From contig OZ024742.1 in the NCBI GenBank assembly GCA_964016885.1, positions 356,872,001 through 356,936,000 on the forward strand: a stretch of DNA of 64,000 bases, given 5' to 3'. Position 1 is the stretch's first letter. Each line of letters starts with the position of its first letter. The notes beneath the pieces were generated by a model. It was given only the letters and a program-made list of their open reading frames with translations, searched no databases and had not been told where the DNA came from. The translations under genes and the position numbers were made by a program. Source of the DNA: Eledone cirrhosa (Eukaryota). This document shows positions 1 to 11,493 of the stretch, piece after piece.

Positions 1-3000
1 TGGTGATGGTGGTGGTGGTAATAGTTGTGGTGTTGGTGGTGGTGGTAGTCTTGGTGTTGGTGTTGGTGGTGGAGGTAATAGTTGTGGTGTTGATGGTGGT
101 GGTAGTCTTGGTATTGGGGTTGGTGGTGGTGGTAATAATTGTGGTGTTGGTGGTGGTCGTCGTCTTGGTGTTGGTGATGGTGGTGGAGGTAATAGTTGTG
201 GTGTTGGTGGTGGTGGTAGTCTTTGTGTTGGTGGTGTTGGTGGTGGAGGTAATAGTTGTGGTGTTGGTGGTGGTGGTAGTCTTTGTGTTGGTGGTGTTGG
301 TGGTGGAGGTAATAGTTGTGGTGTTGGTGGTGGTGGTAGTCTTGGTGTTGGTGGTGTTGGTGGTGGAGGTAATAGTTGTGGTGTTGGTGGTGGTGGTAGT
401 CTTGGTGTTGGTGGTGTTGGTGGTGGAGGTAATAGTTGTGGTGTTGATGGTGGTGGTGGTAGTCTTGGTGTTGGTGATGGTGGTGGAGGTAATAGTTGTG
501 GTGTTGGTGGTGGTGGTAGTCTTTGTGTTGGTGGTGTTGGTGGTGGAGGTAATAGTTGTGGTGTTGGTGGTGGTGGTAGTCTTTGTGTTGGTGGTGTTGG
601 TGGTGGAGGTAATAGTTGTGGTGTTGGTGGTGGTGGTAGTCTTGGTGTTGGTGGTGTTGGTGGTGGAGGTAATAGTTGTGGTGTTGGTGGTGGTGGTAGT
701 CTTGGTGTTGGTGGTGTTGGTGGTGGAGGTAATAGTTGTGGTGTTGATGGTGGTGGTAGTCTTGGTGTTGGTGGTGTTGGTGGTGGAGGTAATAGTTGTG
801 GTGTTGGTGGTGGTGGTAGTCTTGGTATTGGGGTTGGTGGTGGTGGTAATAATTGTGGTGTTGGTGGTGGTCGTCGTCTTGGTGTTGGTGATGGTGGTGG
901 AGGTAATAGTTGTGGTGTTGGTGGTGGTGGTAGTCTTTGTGTTGGTGGTGTTGGTGGTGGAGGTAATAGTTGTGGTGTTGGTGGTGGTGGTAGTCTTTGT
1001 GTTGGTGGTGTTGGTGGTGGAGGTAATAGTTGTGGTGTTGGTGGTGGTGGTAGTCTTGGTGTTGGTGGTGTTGGTGGTGGAGGTAATAGTTGTGGTGTTG
1101 GTGGTGGTGGTAGTCTTGGTGTTGGTGGTGTTGGTGGTGGAGGTAATAGTTGTGGTGTTGGTGGTGGTGGTAGTCTTGGTGTTGGTGGTGTTGGTGGTGG
1201 AGGTAATAGTTGTGGTGTTGGTGGTGGTGGTAGTCTTGGTGTTGGTGGTGTTGGTGGTGGAGGTAATAGTTGTGGTGTTGGTGGTGGTGGTAGTCTTGGT
1301 ATTGGGGTTGGTGGTGGTGGTAATAATTGTGGTGTTGGTGGTGGTCGTCGTCTTGGTGTTGGTGATGGTGGTGGAGGTAATAGTTGTGGTGTTGGTGGTG
1401 GTGGTAGTCTTTGTGTTGGTGGTGTTGGTGGTGGAGGTAATAGTTGTGGTGTTGGTGGTGGTGGTAGTCTTTGTGTTGGTGGTGTTGGTGGTGGAGGTAA
1501 TAGTTGTGGTGTTGGTGGTGGTGGTAGTCTTGGTGTTGGTGGTGTTGGTGGTGGAGGTAATAGCTGTGGTGTTGATGGTGGTGGTAGTCTTGGTGTTGGT
1601 GGTGTTGGTGGTGGAGGTAATAGTTGTGGTGTTGGTGGTGGCGGTAGTCTTGGTGTTGGTGATGGTGGTGGAGGTAATAGTTGTGGTGTTTATGGTGGAG
1701 CTAGTCTTGGTGTTGGTGATGGTGGTGGTGGTAATAGTTGTGGTGTTGGGTGTGGTGGTGGTGGTAGTCTTAGTGTTGGGGATGGTGGTGGTGGCAATAG
1801 TTGTGGTGTTGGTTGTGGAGGTAGTATTGGTGTTGGTGATGGTGGTGGTGGTAATAATTGTGGTGTTGATGGTGGTGGTAGTCTTGGTGTTGGTGATGGT
1901 GGTGGAGGTAATAGTTGTGGTGTTGGTGGTGGTGGTAGTCTTGGTGTTGGTGTTGGTGGTGGAGGTAATAGTTGTGGTGTTGGTGGTGGTGGTAGTCTTA
2001 GTGTGTTGGTGATGGTGGTGGAGGTAATAGTTGTGGTGTTGGTGGTGGTGGTGGTAGTCTTGGTGTTGGTGATGGTGGTGGTGGTAATAATTGTGGTGTT
2101 GGTGGTGGTGGTAGTCTTGGTGTTGGTGATGGTGGTGGAGGCAATAGTTGTGGTGTTGGTGGTGGTGGTAGTCTTGGTGTTGGTGATGGTGGTGGTGGTA
2201 ATAATTGTGGTGTTGGTGGTGGTGGTGGTAGTCTTGGTGTTGGTGATGGTTGTGGTGGTAATAGTTGTGGTGTTGGTGGTGGTGGTAGTCTTGGTGTTGG
2301 TGTTGGTGGTGGAGGTAATAGTTGTGGTGTTGGTGGTGGTGGTAGTCTTGGTGTTGGTGATGGTGGTGGTGGTAATAGTTGTGGTGTTGGTGGTGGTGGT
2401 GGTAGTCTTGGTGTTGGTGATGGTGGTGGAGGCAATAGTTGTGGTGTTGGTGGTGGTGGTAGTCTTGGTGTTGGTGATGGTGGTGGTGGTAATAGTTGTG
2501 GTGTTGGTGGTGGTGGTAGTCTTGGTGTTGGTGTTGGTGGTGGAGGTAATAGTTGTGGTGTTGATGGTGATGGTGGTGGAGGTAATAGTTGTGGTGTTGA
2601 TGGTGGTGGTAGTCTTGGTGTTGGTGATGGTGGTGAAGGTAATAGTTGTGGTGTTGGTGGTGGTGGTGGTAGTCTTGGTGTTGGTGATGGTGGTGGTGGT
2701 AATAGTTGTGGTGTTGATGGTGGTGGTAGTCTTAGTGTGTTGGTGATGGTGGTGGAGGTAATAGTTGTGGTGTTGGTGGTGGTGGTAGTCTTGGTGTTGG
2801 TGATGGTGGTGGTGGTAATAATTGTGGTGTTGGTGTTGGTGGTGGTAGTCTTGGTGTTGGTGATGGTGGTGGTGGTAATAATTGTGGTGTTGGGTGTGGT
2901 TGTGGTGGTAGTCTTAGTGTTGGGGATGGTGGTGGTGGCAATAGTTGTGGTGTTGGTTGTGGAGGTAGTATTGGTGTTGGTGATGGTGGTGGTGGTAATA

Positions 3001-3360
3001 ATTGTGGTGTTGATGGTGGTGGCAGTCTTGGTTTTGGTGATGGTGTTGGAGGTAATAGTTGTGGTGTTGATGGTGGTGGTAGTCTTGGTGTTGGTGATGG
3101 TGATGGTGGTGGTGGTAATAGTTGTGGTGTTGGTGGTGATGGTAATCTTGGTGTTGGTGGTGGAGGTAGTCTTGGTGTTGGTGATGGTGGTGGAGGTAAT
3201 AGTTGTGGTGTTGGTGGTGGAGGTAGTCTTGGTGTTGGTGATGGTGGTGGAGGTAATAGTTGTGGTGTTGATGGTGGTGGTAGTCTTGGTGTTGGGGATG
3301 GTGGTGGAGGTAATAGTTGTGGAGTTGGTGGTGATATTTATGGAAATGGTGGGAGTTGTG
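1..3360. repeat. GGT-rich minisatellite array, ~57-60 bp unit (runs off window start)
   Basis: Tandem unit ggtggtggaggtaatagttgtggtgttggtggtggtggtagtcttggtgtt(ggtgat/ggtggtgtt). Produces the poly-Val, poly-Thr and poly-Pro ORFs. Variant block 'ggtattggggttgg...ggtcgtcgtc' recurs near 111, 824 and 1298. Confidence 0.97.
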
Positions 3361-3409
3361 TAGTGATAATTATGAGTGGTGGTCACGATGGCACTAGTGA
3401 TGATGATGA

Positions 3410-3785
3410 TGAGGTGAACAGTGACTGGCACATTGAAGAACTAACAACACATGAGAAGAAAGAAACCTGGTTTATCTATGTTACTTGAACTCTTGATACT
3501 ATATACACTGAGCCACCACCACCCTTTTATTAAGGGGACTGGATCAGGAAGGAACAATGAGTTGTACATTGAAGAACACACATAACTGAGAAGAATCAAA
3601 CCTGTTTTATCTCTGTTAACTGAACTGTTGATACTATATACACTGAGCCACCAGAACCCTGGGTCAAAAAGTGAACAGTGACTTGTTCATTGAAGAACTA
3701 ATAACACATGAGAAGAAACAAACCTGGTTTATCTCTCTTTCTTGAACTGTTGACACTATATACACTAAGCCACCAGAAGCCTTTG
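3410..3785. repeat. Three diverged tandem copies of a ~120-135 bp unit
   Basis: cattgaagaac...gagaagaa..aaacctg.tttatct.tg...gaact.ttga.actatatacact.agccacca occurs three times (near 3430, 3567, 3688). Confidence 0.85.
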
Positions 3786-4244
3786 TTTTTATTCTGATTT
3801 AAGTAATATCAATGGTTTAGTGAGGAGTTAACTCTTCTTCTGATATGATTAGATTATATTACTGCTCTCTTGCCGAGCTACTCAAGTGTATAAAGTTGCT
3901 TTCATTGGTTTACTTTTAGGCTTCAGTGCATCTTAATTGATTCTAGCATATTGAGTAAGGTATAATCCCTAAATAGTTCAAAACATAGCAATCATGTCTA
4001 AAGCATTGAAGCAACTTCAGATATTTGGAAAAAGTCAATTTAGCTGGCCACTTTCTATAATTGGATTAGACAAATGCAAAATTTAATTACTCAGTTAACT
4101 AGGAAAATTGAGAAACTGGATAATCAGGAAAATTCTCTGGCAAATTCCTGCTTTTCAATACGAACAGTATTCACCACCTGTTGTTATAATGGCTATTTCT
4201 TCACACACAGCAGAAAACTAATAATTTTTAATCAATGAAATTAT

Positions 4245-4690
4245 AGCACACTCACTGACACACACATTCTCTCATGCACATGTATACATACACCTTCTCA
4301 CATGTACACATGTGCACACACATACGCCTTCTCACATGCACACACATGCCCACACATAGACACACACATTCGCTCATGCACATGTATACATACATTTATC
4401 CACATGCACACTGACATATATACACATAACCATAGTTACAAACACATGTGTACGTGCATGTGTATCTATGTGTGTGATTATATATACTAATGCATGAATG
4501 AACACATGCATATACAAACATCTATATACATGCAAACAGACAAGCACACAATTATGTAAAAATGCACATCTACACACGCAAAGATACACATACATGTGCA
4601 TACAGGCATGCCCACATACTCTCATTTGTATGTACATAAACTCACAAACACATACACCTACCACACACACAACATACACACACATGAAGT
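4245..4690. repeat. Degenerate (CA)n/(CATA)n simple repeat
   Basis: CA-rich low-complexity sequence; source of the HTHT/CVCV ORFs. Confidence 0.9.
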
Positions 4691-4899
4691 GAACTTGGAT
4701 ACGATCTGTTGTAATGTTAAGATATATTCTGACTATACTTCAATCTATCTTGTGAAGAGATGACACTTGATTGATACTCACATAAATTTGCTTCTCTTCT
4801 CGTGCAATGGACTTTACCATTAATAAATATAACATTTCTACTCAGGAGTATTAGCTACTCAATATATTCATGCATTCATGGTCCTGTAACTCTTGAGGG

Positions 4900-5100
4900 A
4901 ATCATAGGGGCAACATATTGATATATGGTGTTTCTAGGACACTTTAAAACCTGGAAGAGACCATCCCCTCTCCAGGCCTGAATATAGCAGGTTTCTTCTA
5001 GAAGGATAGAAAGTGTGGGAATGGACATGTAATAGAGTTATAGAGGAAGAATCAACCCCAGTACAAGACTGGTACTTTTTTTATCAACATTGAATGTATA
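4900..5100 (-). mobile_element. Diverged interspersed repeat, SINE-associated (homologous to 24770-24970)
   Basis: Shares 'tttaaaacct..aagag....tctcc.agactgaata.agc.g.tttcttc.agaa...gaagaat.aaccccagtac.agactggtacttttttt' with 24770-24970. Confidence 0.6.
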
Positions 5101-5134
5101 AATATTATGACTTAAACAATCTGAACTGCGTCAT

Positions 5135-5265
5135 ATCATTATCATCATCGTTTAACATGCATTTTCAATACTAGCATGGGTCAGACTGGTTGTCCCATTT
5201 GAAGCAAGTCGGGTCAGCTACAACAGAATGCCCTTCCTAACACAAACCATATTTACAGAGGGATC
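5135..5265 (-). mobile_element. RTE LINE/SINE 3' tail fragment
   Basis: catcatcatcgtttaac...ctagcatggg..gac.ggttgtccc...gaatgcccttcctaacac matches the reverse complement of RTE tails at 24100-24230 and 51450-51615. Confidence 0.7.
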
Positions 5266-5882
5266 TGTTATTTTTGCTTGGATTCTATGGCTGATACCCA
5301 CCTCAATGCCAACTACATGTATGTATATTTATGTATGTGCATGTGTATATACCTGTGTGTGTGTGTGTATGTTTACACTGAATGACCCCTGTGTTGTTGT
5401 TTATATTGTATCCCCTAACTTTGACAAGTATAGATTGGAGAAAGTGAAAGCCAAACTGAAATGATAACTGAAGTCAATATATTCGACTAAACACTGAAAG
5501 GCAGTGCTCCAGCCTAGCCACACACCAATATATAATAAACAAAAAATAACAAATAACACATCTAACTAAGCTAGTTATATTCTTGCAGTTTAATTAAATT
5601 TGTTTTATATTATTTTACATCTGTACAAACCATTTTTCTATTTGTTAGAAAGGGAGATATAGAAATTGGGCAATTATATATTTTACTTGATAACCACACA
5701 ACTGTAAAATAGGGCAATCTTTGGATCAAAAGTCGAATTATATGCTGTAACCTTTTTTCTCTTTTTTAGTTTTTGGTTCTTGGAGTATCAGAGTGTTAAT
5801 TTGTTTTTATTTTGTATACAATTATTGATTAAATTTAGAGGATATTTCCTCTTAAAGAGTATTGTTTACATTTTTTTTCCAG

Positions 5883-5958
5883 TTGGTGGTCTCCTTTTGT
5901 TGGGTTTCCAACTATTGTACAGATTTGTTTAGCTACATTGAATGGAATATTGATCCAG
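5883..5958 (+). CDS. Candidate internal exon of an unidentified host gene (76 bp)
   Basis: Strong acceptor ttttttttccag| and donor cag|gtgaat; non-repetitive sequence. Two frames are open: LVVSFCWVSNYCTDLFSYIEWNIDP and WWSPFVGFPTIVQICLATLNGILIQ. Confidence 0.4.
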
Positions 5959-6233
5959 GTGAATTTCGGATGAGATCATGTTAAAAAAGAGGTATTGTTA
6001 GTAGTCCGTAGCTCTGAAATATATATCAGTTCCTATTTTTTTTTATTTTTGTTTCTTTAATTTTGTTATTAGTATATCTAAGAAGAGGGGCTTTTCATTA
6101 CTGACATGCCTAGTGAATTAGGTGTTAGGGTATTTTCTAGCAGGGAAAATGGACGTTAACATAACGGTGATGATGATGATCAGCATCATCATTTAACTTA
6201 CATTTTCCCCACTAGCTATTGGATCTGTATACA

Positions 6234-6236
<3 letters not shown>

Positions 6237-6324
<88 letters not shown>
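6237..6324. repeat. (TA)n microsatellite
   Basis: Pure TA run. Confidence 0.98.
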
Positions 6325-6328
<4 letters not shown>

Positions 6329-7092
6329 ACAGGGAGAAAGAGACGATTATGAGGAAGAAACATTTTTTTTTTCATTTTTTTTGTGTCTCTCTCTCTCTCT
6401 TTTCTGGGTTAGAAAATGATTAAAACGTTTTAGAAAGGTTCGAACCTTTCTAAAACTGCAACAAACCATCAAACATTTACAAGAGTTACATCCCTCACAC
6501 CCCACCTAATCCGTTTTCTTAAATAAATTAAATATCACCCAGCAAGAATTGCTTCCCCTTGCATATTAACTCTCTAAAAAGGAAAATCATATCAAACCAC
6601 AGTCCACCATTTGCCTCCTTCATGGAACCATGGTTCAACTAAACACTCTTGTGATATTAACACATTTTTAACTGCTTAACTTCAATGACTGTGCTTGTAA
6701 ATAACATTATATTTTCTTCCACGTTGACTTTTTACGTTCCATATTATGCACGTTTTTTTTTCCTTTTTCTTTTTTCTTTTCCCTTCTTAAACCTTGTTTG
6801 TATATAACATGTGTCTGTTTAACATGTGCGACACCACACTGATACATTTCACTATCATTTGATAATGCATATAAATGCAGAAACTGGTAATAGACAATAA
6901 TTTAATATATAAATAGATAAATAAATGCCATTGTTAAGTAATAAATAAATCAACTAATACCTTAACACTTCACACAAAGTAAAACATTTCGTTTTAATCA
7001 TTTTCTAACCCAGAAAAAAGAGAGAGAGAGACACAAAAAAAAGGAAAAAAAAAATGTTTCTTCCTCATAATCGTCTCTTTCTCCCTGTTTTC
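6325..7092. mobile_element. Foldback element with ~100 bp terminal inverted repeats in (TA)n; probable Penelope-type inverted pLTR derivative
   Basis: 6325-6427 is the reverse complement of ~6990-7092. Perfect 30-bp palindrome at 6427-6456 and a hammerhead-like motif at 6852-6893. TA runs on both sides. Confidence 0.7.
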
Positions 7093-7750
7093 ATATATAT
7101 ATATATATCCTGACTCGTGTGCCTCCTCTCCAGGTAAACAGATGATAAAAGAACACAGGTAGAAGAGAAAACTTCTGTATTGGATGCATTGTCTGGTTTA
7201 CAGTTTAAGTGTGTGTGTGTGTGTGAAATGTATGTAACAGATATATAATATAATTGTAAGCAATACATACCTGGATATATCAGTTGAGAAACAAACTAGT
7301 ATTTTCTACATATATAGAGAGCAAATGATATGTAGATTTAGATACAAATTTGAATAAATACTCTTAGATGTAAAATTGTGTTGTACTTACATATGTTGTA
7401 CTTACATATGAAAGTCAGAAAATGGTGATTGATACTAATTACTGTGATTGAAGATAAACATTCCAATTATCGATTTTGGTAAACATCTTAAGACCATGAT
7501 TCTCTTTATCAGTATCTTTAAGTCTTTGCTGAAATATATCTCTCACGTTGCATTAAAATACTAGTCATCTACCCTTGCAAAAAATGTTTCAATAATCTCC
7601 ACATGATGTAATTATAACGTTGTATAGAAGGATAGATAAAACAGGACAGGCCTTAAGGAGTGCTAGAAAGAGCTCCTGGCAAATCCATTTTAGTCAATTT
7701 AAACTAATTTAGAGAAATTGGAGCAAGAAATAAGTTACTTTTTGGTTTAA

Positions 7751-7971
7751 CCCTTTAGCTTTTAAACCAGTTGTATCCGGCCAGAATTCTCTCACCTCTT
7801 TCTGTTCAAACTGGCTGTAACTGGCCACTAATACTGATGTTAAGGTATTCTTCACAAAATAAATAAGATCAAAATCTCATAGATTCGATATTATGTGAGA
7901 TAATTATATGAGATAAAGCCTTTACCACAAAAATACAACAGTAGATATAGAGTAATGTAAATGCTAAAGGG
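7751..7971 (+). mobile_element. piggyBac-type MITE
   Basis: TTAA|CCCTTTAGC...GCTAAAGGG|TTAA: TIRs plus TTAA target duplication. Homologous copies at 54144 and 59880. Confidence 0.85.
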
Positions 7972-8115
7972 TTAATCAATACATATAAAATATATATCAA
8001 TAATGTTTCTCAGTACAAAGCTCAATAAACTTCTGTGCAGAGTATCAAAAATATAAGTATAAACTATATATTACTGAATATATCCATTGACAAACAAACT
8101 AGTATTTAGTACATA

Positions 8116-8752
8116 CTAGCAGTGGTACCCGGCGTTGCATGGGATAAGGGATTTTGGAACGTGGGCCGCCAACAGACCTAATCGTGGAAAAACTGCATGC
8201 CTGGACAATATGTGAAGAAAATAAACCGAATACTCTGATGGTTGGATAATCTTTAAGATGTTCCTCAATGAAGCAGGAAAAATGCAGGTTTTCACCTAAT
8301 GCGGGCCCTAGGGGATCAAGAAAATAGATTTTTTTTATGTGCATAATATGCCTTGAAATTTCGGGAAAATCGGCTAGACGTAACGCCTCAAAAAAAGCCC
8401 TAAAAAGCTGAAAAAATGAAGTGTTTCACTAAGGCCGTAGGCCATAAAAAGTTGGATTTTCTTTGCTCACGGTATGAAGAAGAGACTGATTAATAAAGAG
8501 TTACAATTTCAAGGAAATTGATCTGACGTATCGCCTCAAAAACCCCATAAAAAGCTGAAAAAAGCAGTTGTTCACCTAATGCGGGCTCTAGGGGATCAAA
8601 AAGTTGGATTTTATATGCATAATACTCCTTGAAACATAAGTAATACACATGTAAAGTTTGAAAAAAATCGGTTGGGTACTTCTCGAGTTTTAGGGATTCA
8701 AACTCACAGACGCACACATACAGACAGACATCCTCAGTTTTATATATATAGA
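8116..8752 (-). mobile_element. Non-autonomous Helitron (family A)
   Basis: On the minus strand it starts TCTATATATATAAAACTGAGG and ends with hairpin cccatgcaacgccggg, spacer and CTAG, followed by T. Confidence 0.8.
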
Positions 8753-9651
8753 CTAGCAGAAAACCACCCGGTGGGCGGTTTTCTGCTAGCAAATCTAATG
8801 TATATACTGATATTGTTGAGATTTGGATGAGAAATGTTTTCGGTACCACATGTTCACCGTCTCTCGGTGTCTTTTATGCATGTATAAATATATATGTTAT
8901 CTAGACGGTGAAATCTTTGAAATAAAAATATGTTAAAACGAAAATGGAGAAAATAAATAACTGGCGCTTAGAAAAAAATATTCCTATGAAATTTTAATCA
9001 TACCATTAGGTGTGAACAAGGAAATATTTTTTTATTGTCAAAACAAATGTTCAAAAGTTAAACTTCAATTTTTTGAATTATTTCCAATTTTTTCATGAAA
9101 TTGAACACTGGACATTGGCTGCTGGAAATGGAAATTAAATCGTATTTAATTGTATTTAAATTTCTAACCTTATTTTATTATTTATATTTTTTCAATAAGA
9201 AATAAAAAAAAACTACAAAAATATTGAAGAAAAAAATTGAACAAATCAAACGTAGGTTATGGAACTGCGCAATCTGATTAATAAATTACCTCATCAGCAG
9301 CAACCTTCTTCAAATGGTCCTTATTATCAGCAGCAATAACCACAAATTCAATGGCAACCTTCTTCGCATGGTGTCAAGTCAGAACCGCCTCGAACTGGCT
9401 ACTTCTGGCTTGTGCAAGGTTTCTCTATAGCAACCAGCGATTCCCTCAGCCTCAGTTACCAAAGTCAGTGGAGAGGAGAAAGTAATATTTCTGTAGCACG
9501 TGTTTTAGCGTCTATTCACTCTCTCTCTCTCCCGCCCGCTATCCCCCTCTCGTAGTCTGTCTCTTTCTTTCACTCTCACTCTCTCTCTACGCACGTGTTT
9601 CCACTGTCGGACAGACAGACAGAGAAATTGCTGGTTATATATATAAGTAGA
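8753..9651 (-). mobile_element. Non-autonomous Helitron (family B), copy 1
   Basis: Minus-strand 5' TCTACTTATATATATAACC; 3' long hairpin ctagcagaaaaccgcccaccgggtggttttctgCTAG. Near-identical to 9652-10606. Confidence 0.75.
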
Positions 9652-10606
9652 CTAGCAGAAAACCACCCTGTGGGCGGTTTTCTGCTTGCAAATCTAGTGT
9701 ATATACTGATATTGTTGAGATTTGGATGAGAAATGTTTTCGGCACCACATGTTCACCGTCTCTCGGTGTGTCTTTTATGCATGTATAAATATATATGTTA
9801 TCTATACGGTGAAATCTTTGAAATAAATATATGTTAAAACGAAAACGGCGAAAATAAATAACTGGCGGTTAGAAAAAAATATTTCTATGAAATTTTAATC
9901 ATACTATTAGGTGTGAATAAGGAAATATTTTTTTATTGTCAAAACAAATGTTCAAAAGTTAAACTTCAATTTTTTGAATTATTTCCAATTGTTTCATGAA
10001 ATTGAACACTGGACATTGGTTGCTGGAAATGGAAATTAAATCGTATTTAATTGTATTTAAATTTCTAACCTTATTTTATTATTTATATTTTTTCAATAAG
10101 AAATAAAAAAAAAACAACAAAAAAAATAAAGAAAACAATTGAACAAATCAAACGTAGGTTATGGAACTGCGCAATCTGATTAATAAATTACCTCATCAGC
10201 AGCAACCTTCTTCAAATGGTCCTTATTATCAGCAGCAACAACCACAAATTCAATGGCAACCTTCTTCAAATGGTCCTTATTATCAGCAGCAACAACCACA
10301 AATTCAATGGCAACTTCTTCGCATGGTGTCAAGTCAGAACCGCCTCGAACTGTTTACTTCTGGCTTGTGCAAGGTGTCTCTATAGCAACCAGCGATTCCC
10401 TCGGCCTCAGTTACCAAAGTCAGTGGAGAGGAGAAGGTAATATTTCTGTAGCACGTGTTTTAGCGTCTATTCACTCTCTTTCTCTCCCTCTCGCTATCCC
10501 CTTCTCGTAGTCTGTCTCTTTTTTTCACTCTCACTCTCTCTCTACGCACGTGTTTCCACTGTCGGACAGACAGACAGAGAAATTGCTGGTTATATATATA
10601 AGTAGA
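9652..10606 (-). mobile_element. Non-autonomous Helitron (family B), copy 2
   Basis: Head-to-tail duplicate of 8753-9651 with an extra ~54-bp internal duplication (10205-10315). Preceded by A on the minus strand (A|T insertion). Confidence 0.75.
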
Positions 10607-10637
10607 TAACAAATGACAAGTATTTATATATATATAT

Positions 10638-10680
10638 TGAACCTGAGCACAGTACACAATAATTTCATTATTATTATATA
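10638..10680 (+). mobile_element. CR1-type LINE extreme 3' end
   Basis: acctgagcacagtacacaataatttcattattattat is nearly identical to the tail at 55347-55385. Confidence 0.7.
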
Positions 10681-10687
10681 TATTAGG

Positions 10688-10880
10688 GTGGTGGATTGGC
10701 AGTATCGGTAGAGTGTCGGATGCCATGTTTTGTAGCATAGCCCCTTTACGATCTGAGTTCAAATCCCACCGAGTTTAACTTTGCCTGTCATCCTTACGGG
10801 GTCAATAAAATAAAGTACCAGTAATGTGCTGGGATAATTGCTGGCCTTGTGCCAAAAGTAGAAACAATTATTATTATTTA
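10688..10880 (+). mobile_element. tRNA-derived SINE with Nin/Deu-like central domain
   Basis: A-box-like tggcagtatcgg, B-box-like gagttcaaatcc, then aactttgcct.tcatcctt.cggggtc.ataaaataaagtaccagt and an (ATT)n tail. At least 7 copies in the window. Confidence 0.85.
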
Positions 10881-11180
10881 TATATGTGTGGTTTGTGTGT
10901 TTGAGTCCCGGGTTCAATCGGGGGTAACTACAGTAAGTAAGGTATTATATTAAACATTATATATATATATATATATATATAATTATGTAATAAAGAACAT
11001 AAGATAATTATTCCATTTACCAAAGGTTTCACAAAGACAGACGAGCTCAACACAGACGTCTGAAATCGCTCATCAGAAAGAAAAATGTACATGTTGTTTA
11101 TTACATAATTAAATAGCTCTGTAGCATACATAGAGCACTCTCCTTTCCTTTACCCTTCCTACGGAAATACTTCATATATG

Positions 11181-11242
<62 letters not shown>

Positions 11243-11243
<1 letters not shown>

Positions 11244-11493
11244 GCACACAAAAACAAGATGACGTAGGACAGAACAAAGGAGAGGCACAAAACAAAGAAA
11301 AGAATCCCCAGTCACTGAAGAGGTCACATAATGTGTGACGAAAGAACTTTGACAATATATGAACAACCGTCCGGTTATGGAACCAACCAACCAGCCGGAA
11401 ATTTATAAATTTAATCTATAATAAATTGAAGTGAAAGCAACTGGTGCGTGTGTTTCTTATTGGCAACATGACCCTCCCAAAGCATAACAATAT
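11243..11493 (+). mobile_element. Solo Penelope-like pseudo-LTR fragment between (TA)n runs
   Basis: Matches the 3' pLTR of the element at 37466-44145; contains the hammerhead motif at 11311-11353. Confidence 0.9.
11311..11353 (+). ncRNA. Minimal type I hammerhead ribozyme motif (Penelope pLTR)
   Basis: GUCA-CUGAAGA-g-GUCACA uaaug UGUGAC-GAAA-GaaC-UU-UGAC: conserved core, stem II, minimal stem III and 4-bp stem I. Confidence 0.65.

Noticed and set aside
3-3363. Poly-Val and poly-Pro ORFs
   Set aside because: Stop-free frames of a GGT-based minisatellite.
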